Positions 10,020 to 18,786 of a stretch of DNA of 64,000 nucleotides are shown one piece after another. Numbering within the stretch: position 1 is the first letter of the stretch; each line of letters begins with the position of its first letter. The notes under the pieces are model-generated. The model made no database searches. It had not been told where the DNA came from and saw nothing but the letters and a program-made list of their open reading frames with translations. Source of the stretch: Candidatus Latescibacterota bacterium (GTDB taxonomy: Bacteria > Latescibacterota > UBA2968 > UBA8231); NCBI GenBank assembly GCA_963422735.1, contig OY730476.1, positions 2,912,001 to 2,976,000 on the forward strand. The letters are read 5' to 3'. The position numbers and the translations under genes are program-made.

Positions 10020-11810
10020 ATGGCAACCCGAGGGACAGTAGGAAGGCGCGGCCTTCAGGGCGGAGAGGGCGCGGGCAGCTATGGCAGTTATTGGCGTGGG
10101 TTAGGGGTGGTCGTCGCGCTGTGGGCGGCCGTGGTGCCAGCGGGTGCCCGCTCGACGCTCAGTGTACGCCTAGACCAGCCGACGATTGCCGGGCCTGCGT
10201 TGTATCAGCAGTCCATCCTCTACTTGCACTACTTTCCCGGCGATGGCGAAGCCATAGTCAGCGCGGAGCTAAGGTGCCTTGGGAACGCACGGTTGCAGAA
10301 CGTGCGCTCGGCACTAGGCAAGGCGCAGCTAGCGGAGGCGTCCGTCGGCATAGACTATGCGGCGCGGCCGGTGGCCGGGGAACGCATCGACACCCTCTAC
10401 ATTGACCTAGTCGCCGCTGAGGTGAAAAAAATCGGCTGGTTCGCGGCGATCTACTCCTCGCTCGACCCACAGGGCACTCCGGCCCACCAGATCGAATTCG
10501 ACCTAGTAGTGCGCCCGCCGCCCGCCGTTTCTTGGTCAATTGAGCCGCAGCGGGTCTATCAGGGCGAGCGCTTTGACTTGCGAACGATTGTGCGCTTTGA
10601 CGGTGCATCGGGGGCACCCTTAGAAGAGCTGAGCTGGAACTGGCCGCCGGAACTGAGCTGGCCGAAAGGCGACGCCCCGCAGCACTGGGAGGGCAGCTTG
10701 GCCGCCGGACAGTCCGACACGCTCTCTTGGGCGGTGCGCGTGGCACCAACCCACCTCGGCCCCCTGCCGTTGGCGGTCACTGCTCGGGTCTCCGGCCAGA
10801 GCCCAGTGGACTTGGCGACCCAGCACTTGCAGGTAGATCCGCTGCCCGTAATGGCGTTGGAACCTGGATTTATTATGGCGGCGGAGCCTGGATTTATGGA
10901 GGTGGGCAAGCGCGGGCCAATCACCTGTATATGGCGCAACGAGAGCGCCGACCCCATTGGTCTTGCGGCCCTGCGCCTGCAAGTTGCGCCGGCGTTCTCG
11001 GATGTCTCCTTGGTAGAAGGGCCGCTGGGCGCAGCGCTCATGCAGAGCGACGAGGACGCCGCGCCCAGCTTACTGGTGAGCGGCTTGGATAGCTTAGGTG
11101 CGGGTGCGGCGATCCGGGTGACGCTCGAAGCGGTGCCTCAGCGTCCAGGGCCTTTTACTTGGCAGAGTGCCTGTAAGCCCTTGGGGCGGGAGCACTTCAT
11201 CCCCCTGCGCGGAGCGAACACGGTCCGCGTGGTGTGGAAAGCAACGGCCCAAGCCCAAGGCGGCGCAAAGCAAACGCCCACGGACTTGCAGTTGATCAAC
11301 CAAGCCTTTGTCCTAGCCCTAGACCACCAAATGGATGCCCTGCCCCTATCTCCGGGCACGCGGCTTTTCCTACGGGCCGAGGACCACAAGAACGAGGCCA
11401 ATTGGGTCGTCGAGGACGCCCTGATCGAGACATTGCAGAGGCGGGGCTATCAGGTGCTCGTGCGCCAGCCGGGAGACGCGCCAGCCGACGTGTTCTACTA
11501 TCGGCTAGTCAGGGCACGAGTGATGTACTCGCCGACACCCCGGCGGCTACTCTCCTGGGGCAACCAACAGCGGCGCGAGGCGTATGGCGATCTCTTTCTC
11601 AGAGTCGAAACAACTGCCGACCGCATCGTGCGCTGGGACCGCCGCGTCCAAGCCTATAGCTCGGACATGGTGCCCAAGGGGTTGCACGAGGTCTTAGGCG
11701 GGGGCGACATGGTCGAACAAATGGTACTCAAACCAGAAAACAAGGCCATCGTGCGCGGCCTATCGGCCGGCATTCTCGGCGGGCTGTTCTACATCTTCTT
11801 CGTTTTGTGA
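10020..11810 (+). CDS. Hypothetical exported beta-rich protein with C-terminal membrane anchor
   Basis: Long ORF; signal-like VVVALWAAVVPAGA; C-terminal GLSAGILGGLFYIFFVL; family not recognised. Confidence 0.7.
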   Translation: MATRGTVGRRGLQGGEGAGSYGSYWRGLGVVVALWAAVVPAGARSTLSVRLDQPTIAGPALYQQSILYLHYFPGDGEAIVSAELRCLGNARLQNVRSALGKAQLAEASVGIDYAARPVAGERIDTLYIDLVAAEVKKIGWFAAIYSSLDPQGTPAHQIEFDLVVRPPPAVSWSIEPQRVYQGERFDLRTIVRFDGASGAPLEELSWNWPPELSWPKGDAPQHWEGSLAAGQSDTLSWAVRVAPTHLGPLPLAVTARVSGQSPVDLATQHLQVDPLPVMALEPGFIMAAEPGFMEVGKRGPITCIWRNESADPIGLAALRLQVAPAFSDVSLVEGPLGAALMQSDEDAAPSLLVSGLDSLGAGAAIRVTLEAVPQRPGPFTWQSACKPLGREHFIPLRGANTVRVVWKATAQAQGGAKQTPTDLQLINQAFVLALDHQMDALPLSPGTRLFLRAEDHKNEANWVVEDALIETLQRRGYQVLVRQPGDAPADVFYYRLVRARVMYSPTPRRLLSWGNQQRREAYGDLFLRVETTADRIVRWDRRVQAYSSDMVPKGLHEVLGGGDMVEQMVLKPENKAIVRGLSAGILGGLFYIFFVL

Positions 11811-11813
11811 TCT

Positions 11814-14048
11814 TCAAAACCTCTGGATGTGCCCCGGGTCCTGCTCTTGGGCCCGTCCGTGCTGAGGGCATGTGCTCGGCAGGACCTCGCCAGCGATAAA
11901 AATATCCTCTCGCTTTTCGGGACAAAAGCGGGTGGCGATCTTGTAGGTGTCGTTGCAGACCGCGCGGCGCACTACGAGGTCCTCTGGGTACTCAAACCCG
12001 CGGTTTCTCAGGCTGCGATAGGGTTCCACGCTCGCATACGCCTCCTTCATAAACTCCGCCCACAAAGGCAGGGCCGCCGTAGAGCCAGCCTGCTTCGGCC
12101 ACAGACGCAGGCTGGGGTCGTCTATCCCGACCCAGACCCCCGCTACGAGATGGGGTGTAAAGCCGATGAACCACGCATCTGTGTAGTCGTTAGTCGTGCC
12201 GGTTTTGCCGGCAGCTTGGGGCCGGAAGTCGTAGCGTGTGCGGATGCGGCGTCCGGTGCCGCCGACTTCGTCGACGGCCGAGCGCAGCATATCCGCGACT
12301 ATCACGGCCACGGCCGGCCGCAGCACCTCCTGCTTACGACCGCTTTCTCGCGTAAAAAAGACGTTTCCATCCTTGCTCTCCAAGCGGCTGATGGCCATAG
12401 GCTCGACGTAGATACCCTTATTGGGAAATACCGCGTACGCAGCCACCAAGTCGAGGAGTAGCACCTCGCTGGTGCCAACGCCGATGGAGGGGATGGCTTG
12501 GATGGGCGTGGATATGCCCATGTTGCGGGCATAGCTCCGAATCAGGGGTGGGCCGAGTTCGTCGGCCAGCTTGATGGAGATGAGGTTGCGCGACTGTTTC
12601 AGTCCGTCGCGCAGCGTCATCGGCCCCTTGAATTTCTTGTCGTAGTTCTCGGGGCCCCAAAACTTTTCGCGTCTGTGGTCCCAGAGCGTAAAGGCATTGT
12701 CGTCGAGTACGTCCACTGCAAAGCGGTTGTTGTCGATGGCGGCCGTGTACACAAAGGGCTTGAACGCGGACCCAGGCTGCCGCTTAGCTTGGGTGGCGCG
12801 GTTGAATTTGCTGCGGCTGAAGTCGCGGCCCCCAATCATGGCCAAGATGTGGCCGGTGGCTGGATCTATGGCCACGAAGGCGGCTTGGACTACGGCCGAG
12901 TCGCGCACACTCCGGGACGCGCCTGTGTCCGCTAGGTACTGATCCACTTTTTTCTGCACCTTGCTTATTTCAACAGCAAAGTGCTTTTCGGCGATCTGCT
13001 GCAAGCGCGAGTCGAGCGTAGTGTGGACCACAAAGCCCTCGCGATAGATTGCCATGCCAAACTCGCGCTGCATCTGCTGGCGGACGTACTCGACAAAGTA
13101 CGGGGCTATGCCATACGTCTCCTCGCGACTACCCCTGCGGGCGGCTATGGGTTCGTTGCGGAGGGAATCGCGCTTAGCTGGCGTAATCGCGCCGTTGTCG
13201 GCCATGCTGTACAGCACCAGATTGCGTTGCTTGCGGGCGCGTTCGGGGTGGCGCAGAGGGCTATAACTATTCGGTCTCGGGAGCAGCCCGACGAGCAAGG
13301 CATTCTCTTCGAGCGCGAGTTGATCGACTTCGCTGTCAAAGTACAGGCGCGCCGCTGACTTAATCCCGTAGGCACCGTGACCGAAATAGACCGTGTTGAG
13401 GTACATAGTCATGATCTCGGGCTTAGTGTACAGGCGCTCAATTAAGACAGCGGTGATCTGTTCGCGGATCTTGCGCGCGTATGTGGCCGCCACATCCGCA
13501 AAGGAAGCGCTGCTGCGCTGCTTGCCGATCTCAGTGAAGCTATTGCGGGCGAGCTGCTGGGTGAGCGTACTGGCCCCTTGACCGACGAGACGCCGGTCCT
13601 TGAGATTGGCCAGCAGCGATCCGGGGATGCGGTAGATGTCGATGCCCCAATGCGAGGAGAAGCGCCGGTCCTCAGCCGCGAGGAGGGCGGCCTGCATGGA
13701 TGCGGGGATTTCTTCATAGGTGACGATTTCGCGATTTTCTTCGAGGAAGTCCTGCAAGTGGCGACCATCGGCCGAATACACGTTGGTGACCCGTTTGGGC
13801 CGAAAGCTCCAAGCGTCAATGTCGGGCAAGTTGTCGTTGAAAATCAGATAGCCACTCAAGCCGACAACGGCGTACAAGGCGAAGAAGCAAGCAGTATAGA
13901 GCAGCAGCCTCTTGAGCAGTGAAAGACTAACCGCGCGTTTTGCCCCTTCTATTACCCTGCCCAGAAGCTCTTTATTCATATTGAGCAGTAAGAGGCTAAC
14001 CGCACGTTTCGCTCTTTCTACTATCCTGCCCAGAAGCTCTTTATTCAT
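11814..14048 (-). CDS. Class A penicillin-binding protein (PBP1A family)
   Basis: Transglycosylase motifs EDRRFSSHWG, GASTLTQQL, RKIRE and MYLN; transpeptidase motifs SAFK, SRN and KTGT. Confidence 0.95.
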   Translation of the reverse strand: MNKELLGRIVERAKRAVSLLLLNMNKELLGRVIEGAKRAVSLSLLKRLLLYTACFFALYAVVGLSGYLIFNDNLPDIDAWSFRPKRVTNVYSADGRHLQDFLEENREIVTYEEIPASMQAALLAAEDRRFSSHWGIDIYRIPGSLLANLKDRRLVGQGASTLTQQLARNSFTEIGKQRSSASFADVAATYARKIREQITAVLIERLYTKPEIMTMYLNTVYFGHGAYGIKSAARLYFDSEVDQLALEENALLVGLLPRPNSYSPLRHPERARKQRNLVLYSMADNGAITPAKRDSLRNEPIAARRGSREETYGIAPYFVEYVRQQMQREFGMAIYREGFVVHTTLDSRLQQIAEKHFAVEISKVQKKVDQYLADTGASRSVRDSAVVQAAFVAIDPATGHILAMIGGRDFSRSKFNRATQAKRQPGSAFKPFVYTAAIDNNRFAVDVLDDNAFTLWDHRREKFWGPENYDKKFKGPMTLRDGLKQSRNLISIKLADELGPPLIRSYARNMGISTPIQAIPSIGVGTSEVLLLDLVAAYAVFPNKGIYVEPMAISRLESKDGNVFFTRESGRKQEVLRPAVAVIVADMLRSAVDEVGGTGRRIRTRYDFRPQAAGKTGTTNDYTDAWFIGFTPHLVAGVWVGIDDPSLRLWPKQAGSTAALPLWAEFMKEAYASVEPYRSLRNRGFEYPEDLVVRRAVCNDTYKIATRFCPEKREDIFIAGEVLPSTCPQHGRAQEQDPGHIQRF
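13911..14048 (-). repeat. Imperfect ~69 bp tandem duplication at the PBP1A 5' end
   Basis: MNKELLGRIVERAKRAVSLLLLN followed by MNKELLGRVIEGAKRAVSLSLLK; cctgcccagaagctctttattcata occurs twice. Confidence 0.9.
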
Positions 14049-17000
14049 AGTAGCCCTTGACCGCGCGCGTGTTGTATTCCTGCAAATACTCTAGGTGCGC
14101 GCTGGTTTGCGGGTAGTGCTCGCGCACTGGGTACGGGTAGCCGGACATGCCGTGAAAGGGGAGCGGTCCGACCGTTAGCGAGTGCGCCGAGTGCAGGTCC
14201 ATATCTTTGCCAAAGCCATCGGCGTACAGCAGGAACGAGCGCACGAGACCAGCCGCGGGCGGCGGCAAGGCGGCGAATTCTACGGTCAGCTCGTCGCCGT
14301 GGAACATGATGACAAAGCGGTCATCAATGCCCTCGACCAGTTCTTCCACCGGGCCGAAGCGGGTGAAAGCCCCGCTGTGGGTACCCCAAGGCGCTTCTAA
14401 CTCCAATTGGTCGTAGTGGTAGCGAAAGGCAAAGGTGCCCTTGACAGCCGTGTGGGCCGGGTAGCCTCGCCAGTGGAGGTCGCTCCGCGCCGGTTGCCGG
14501 CGGTGGACCGCGAGGGGAATATCCGCAGCGTCGCCCACCAGAAATTGGTCCCAGTAGAGCGCAGTGTTGGTTTCGATCCGCAGCTGGTAATCGTCGGAGG
14601 GAAAAAGGCCCTTGAGATCGAATAGCGCGTGTTTGGGCAGGCCCGCCGGGCAACCCATATCCGCGCTGACTTCGACCCACCCCCCTTTGCCGTCGGCCAC
14701 CGACAGACGCGGCGGATACAGCGACAAGCCGCGCTGTGCGGCGCTCCAATTCGAGGTCGAATGCGCGTAATCGACCCAGCCATAGCCGAGCAAGACCGGA
14801 TGGGCAAATTCGGACAGGTCGCCCAAGCTCAGCTCTAGCGCATGGTCTTCGGCATAGCCGTGAATATCGAGCCGGTCAAACCCGTCGTACCACTCGTCGT
14901 CGATCTCTTGCAGGACGGCCAACACATCCGCGCCCCGGTGGTCGCGGGCGGCCACAGGCGGGCGCAGCCCCCGAAGGGGATATAGCTTGAATTCTGGATA
15001 GGGCGGCGCAGAGAGCAGACGCTCGTTGGGATATACGTCGAACTCGGGCGGATGATCGACGGCGATCAGTTCGAGGGCATCGACGTAAATGACTTCTTCT
15101 AGCTGATTGGCTAGCTGCAAGACATAGCGGCCATCTTTGGGAGCCAGCGGCCCCAAGCGGACGTACTCGTCGGTGTCGGGCTGATAATACTGGCCCGGGG
15201 CGGTCAAATAGCCAATAATGGCCCCCCCGAGAATGTCGGTGACAAAGCGATAGCGCTCGCCGTCCCAAGCGTAGAGGATGGGGCACGAGGTGCCCTTGCG
15301 GTCGAGTTCTGTCAGCTCCAGCCTCTGTCCGGCCCCGGTGGCCAACTCGGTCTGACGCACGCCCCCGGGCCAAAGGATGCGAATGAATTCGACCGAGTCG
15401 CTCTGCGCCAAGCCAAAGTGGAGCACACCCGCGTATCCCTCGCTGCGGATCTCGCGCTTCTGGAGACGGTGGGTGGTTTTCACCTCCACCTTGGCCCCGA
15501 CGCCGTCGCGGTTGCTGTTAAGCCCTTGGGCGGCGATCTCAATATAGTGCCCCCCCTCGCTTTGGTTGTGCAGGACCCGGCCACCTGTCCAAATATCCAC
15601 GCGGCCGTCGCCGTTGAAATCGGCCATGAGCGCAACCCCACCCGGCTCGTCGAGCAAAGGTTGCGGCTGGAACTGGCCGCTGCCGTACGCGAGCGGTTGC
15701 AGGTGCTCGTCCCCACAGGCGAGTAGGTCGAGGTCGCCGTCGTTGTCGAGATCGGCGGGAAGCAGTGCCCGCCCACCGGAGGCAACCGGTGTCTCGGCCC
15801 GGACGAAGGCGCGGCCGGCTCGGTTGACATGCGTCTCTATAGTGCCGCTGGCCGCGATAGCCAAGTCCATATAGCCATCTTGGTTGAAGTCCTCGACGGC
15901 CAAGCCCGCGCCCTGCACTGCGCCCAAACCCAAAGCGGCGGCGATTTCCGAGAACGTGCCGTCGCGATTGTTGGTATGGACTTGCAGGCCCTCGGCCGAT
16001 AGGAGGACCATATCTACGTCGCGGTCGTTGTCGAGGTCGGAAAATGCAGCGAGATCGGCCGCGACCGGACCGGCTGGTTGGCCCGTGGCGGCGAAACGGG
16101 CCTCCCCGTCGTTGGCTAGCAGCGAGACGCTCGGGCCGAGCACTAGCAGATCGAGGTCGCCGTCGTGGTCGGCATCGCCCAGCGCGATACCGGTCGAGGC
16201 CACGGACAGATCCTCTCCGGCGGCCCATTCTCCATTAGCCGCTCGGTAGAGCAGAGTTCCGCCCGCTCCACTGAGGACCAAGTCGGCGGCCCCGTCGTTA
16301 TCGAGGTCGCCGGAGATCGCGCCAATCGCCCCAAAGCCGTCGGGTACCGTCGGAGCAGTGAGCACTTCCGCTGTGCTGCCAGCATACAGGTGCAAGCCCT
16401 CGGCCCCGGCCAAGACATCCGGCCGGCCATCCGCGTCAAAGTCGCCCAAGGCGGCAAAGCGCACCGGGCCGGTCGCCGGGCCATCCGCAGCGAATGCAAA
16501 AGGCCCAGCCACGTCGTCCTGACTCGGATCGCCGCCACCGGCGTCGGCGACGGCCTCGGCGTACTTGCCCTGCCCCTGATAGGACGAAGAAACGCCTTGG
16601 TGGCCGGCTTGGCTGAGCTTGTTGAAGTGCTCCAAGGTGCTTTTCCACTCCTCCTCGCGCCCGAGCCGCCGGTAGAGATTGGCCAGCCCATAGTACGCCG
16701 ACACGTTGTAGGGATCGAGGCGGATGGCCTCCTCAAAGTCGGCGATAGCGGCCTCGCCCTCGTTTAGCTTAGTCCGCGTTTGCCCCATGTAGTAGCGCAC
16801 ATGGGGGTCGTCGCGGTCGGCGGCTGCCACTTTTTGCAAGGCGGCGAGTGCTTTGTCGTGCTCCCGGCCTTGGGCATTGTAGATCAGGCCCAGCGCGTAG
16901 TTGGCGTGGAGAAGATCGGGGTCGATGGCAAGGGCGGTTTGCAGGGCCGTGGCGGCGCTGTCGTACTTGCCGAGGGCATAGTACGCAATGCCTAGATTGG

Positions 17001-17229
17001 CCCGTGCATTAGCGTAATCCGGGGCCAAGGCGAGGGCGAGGGCAAATTCCTCTCGGCCACGCGTGTAGTTGTGTTGATCCATATAAACCACGCCCTGATT
17101 GTTGTGCCAGCGCGCCTTGGGAGGCCGAGCCGGCGATCCCTCGGGCAGCCCCTGCTGACAGGCCATTCCCAAGAGGGTCACGGAGAGAAACAACAGCACT
17201 TGACGCACCTTGACGCTTGTACGGGGCAT
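14041..17229 (-). CDS. Lipoprotein with TPR repeats, FG-GAP propeller, ASPIC/UnbV domain and a large C-terminal domain
   Basis: LLGMAC lipobox; TPR helices; repeated DxDxDGxxD; SNRDGVGAKV...LHFGL...WPGG; SCPILYAWDG domain; start placed at ATG 17229 because the longer ORF runs antisense through the tRNA. Confidence 0.88.
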   Translation of the reverse strand: MPRTSVKVRQVLLFLSVTLLGMACQQGLPEGSPARPPKARWHNNQGVVYMDQHNYTRGREEFALALALAPDYANARANLGIAYYALGKYDSAATALQTALAIDPDLLHANYALGLIYNAQGREHDKALAALQKVAAADRDDPHVRYYMGQTRTKLNEGEAAIADFEEAIRLDPYNVSAYYGLANLYRRLGREEEWKSTLEHFNKLSQAGHQGVSSSYQGQGKYAEAVADAGGGDPSQDDVAGPFAFAADGPATGPVRFAALGDFDADGRPDVLAGAEGLHLYAGSTAEVLTAPTVPDGFGAIGAISGDLDNDGAADLVLSGAGGTLLYRAANGEWAAGEDLSVASTGIALGDADHDGDLDLLVLGPSVSLLANDGEARFAATGQPAGPVAADLAAFSDLDNDRDVDMVLLSAEGLQVHTNNRDGTFSEIAAALGLGAVQGAGLAVEDFNQDGYMDLAIAASGTIETHVNRAGRAFVRAETPVASGGRALLPADLDNDGDLDLLACGDEHLQPLAYGSGQFQPQPLLDEPGGVALMADFNGDGRVDIWTGGRVLHNQSEGGHYIEIAAQGLNSNRDGVGAKVEVKTTHRLQKREIRSEGYAGVLHFGLAQSDSVEFIRILWPGGVRQTELATGAGQRLELTELDRKGTSCPILYAWDGERYRFVTDILGGAIIGYLTAPGQYYQPDTDEYVRLGPLAPKDGRYVLQLANQLEEVIYVDALELIAVDHPPEFDVYPNERLLSAPPYPEFKLYPLRGLRPPVAARDHRGADVLAVLQEIDDEWYDGFDRLDIHGYAEDHALELSLGDLSEFAHPVLLGYGWVDYAHSTSNWSAAQRGLSLYPPRLSVADGKGGWVEVSADMGCPAGLPKHALFDLKGLFPSDDYQLRIETNTALYWDQFLVGDAADIPLAVHRRQPARSDLHWRGYPAHTAVKGTFAFRYHYDQLELEAPWGTHSGAFTRFGPVEELVEGIDDRFVIMFHGDELTVEFAALPPPAAGLVRSFLLYADGFGKDMDLHSAHSLTVGPLPFHGMSGYPYPVREHYPQTSAHLEYLQEYNTRAVKGYYE

Positions 17230-17238
17230 GGTTATATT
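17210..17238 (+). promoter_or_regulatory. Sigma70-type promoter for tRNA-Gly
   Basis: TTGACG-17 bp-TATATT, 30 bp upstream of the tRNA. Confidence 0.65.
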
Positions 17239-17268
17239 TTTTCTCCTTCCATAGCGATCAATTTTTGA

Positions 17269-17344
17269 GCGAGAGTAGCTCAGTTGGTAGAGCTCCACGT
17301 TGCCAACGTGGTTGTCGCGGGTTCGAGTCCCGTCTCTCGCTCCA
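17269..17344 (+). tRNA. tRNA-Gly (GCC)
   Basis: GCGAGAG/CTCTCGC acceptor stem, AGCTCAGTTGGTAGAGC D arm, TTGCCAA anticodon loop, GGTTCGAGTCC T arm, encoded CCA; 76 nt. Confidence 0.98.
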
Positions 17345-17445
17345 TTTTTTTGCCTCAACCTCCATTTCAATAATAATAGCTAAAACCCCCATTGAGAAAA
17401 GGCTGACCCAGTCTTGAGTCGGGTCGAGTTATAGGGAATCCACGC

Positions 17446-18592
17446 TCAATTTCCAGAGGGATATGAGGTGCCACCCGCCGGGCCGGCAAAGCACTGGCCA
17501 AGACGGAACAAATCGCCCGGTGGGTTTTTGCGGTCCTCCAGGGAGTCGGCTATAACCGGTCCAATGGAGCCGCCGAATTTAAATCCGTGGCCGCTGCCAC
17601 AGCCGGCGATGAGAATCCCCCGCGCCATCGGGGCCCAGTCGATGACGAAGTGGTCGTCGGGCGTATTGGTGTACAGGCAGGCGCGGCCCCCCACCAGTCG
17701 GGCCCTTCCAAAACGGGCAGGTGCTGGGCGACAAAGGTGCGGGCTTGGTCGAGGAAGCTGGGGCTGGGTTGGCGCTCGGCCTCGGGCTCGGTGCACTCTA
17801 CTTTGCTGTCCTCGGCGATTTTGACGTACCCTTCGCGCAGCAGCGGGAAGCCGTACCAAGCCTCCTCGGGACTCAGCACTGTCCACACGGGAAACACCTT
17901 CTGGGCGAACGTTTCGGGCTCGGCCGGGGCCAAGAAGGCCATTTGCTGGCGCATTATGCACAGGTGGTCCTTTAGAGTGGGAAAAAGGCCACCACCCAAG
18001 CACCGGCGGCAACCACGACGCGGTCGAATAGAGGGCGCTCTGGCCCTGTGGCTAGGCGGATACCCCGGTCGGTCTCGGCCATGGCCTGCACAGGGGTGTG
18101 GGAGCGGATATCAACTCCTTGGTCCCGGGCCAGATCGGCCACGGCCTGACCGCTGCGCAAATAGCCGGACCAAGGATCGTAAAAGAGCGTGTCGTCGTCC
18201 TGCACGGCAAATTGGGGAAAGCATTGGCGGACCTGAGCCGGGCTCAGCACTTTGACCGCCTTCCTCCGCTGGCCCAGCGTCTATAGGCCGCGGCGATCCG
18301 GGCTGTCAGTGGGCAAATCGCCCCAGATATTGAGCTTGCCGGTCTGGTAATAGATGGCCCGGCTGAGCCGGTCGTGCCACCGGCACCACTAGTGCGCGGC
18401 CCGCTCGACCAGTTCGTGGTAGGTCTCCTCGGGGTAGCTGGTGCGGCGGATGACTTTGGACACATCGGTCGAGGAGGCATCCGGACAGGGGATGGGGCCG
18501 CGTTCAAAGAGGGTGACTTGGTGGCCCCGCCGGTTGAGTTCCAAGGCCGCGGCCAAGCCGAAAATGCCCGCTCCTACAATGCCGATGCGCAT
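17446..18592 (-). pseudogene. FAD-dependent oxidoreductase (sarcosine oxidase/fructosyl amino acid oxidase-like), disrupted
   Basis: GIVGAGIFG, SSTDVSKVIR, VAAGAW, CLYTNTPDDHFVID and GSGHGFKFG are spread over several frames; in-frame TAG at 18389-18391. Confidence 0.85.
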
Positions 18593-18786
18593 GGCTTCGT
18601 CTTCATTGCCTGCAAGGCCACGTGGATGTATCCGAAGGATGGCAAATCAGACTCGTTAATCGGCCTCAGAGACCGCCAGAGGATGAAGGTCAATCGGTCC
18701 TCCTCTACACGTCGGAGATAGCCGCCTAACGTTTTGTTGAACCGAGAATCCCTAGATCAAGACGACCAACGCGCCCAAACAGCTTC

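Noticed and set aside
17230-17370. N-terminal extension of the 1109 aa ORF (ARDGTRTRDNHVGNVELYQLSYSR)
   Set aside because: It is the antisense translation of tRNA-Gly, not protein
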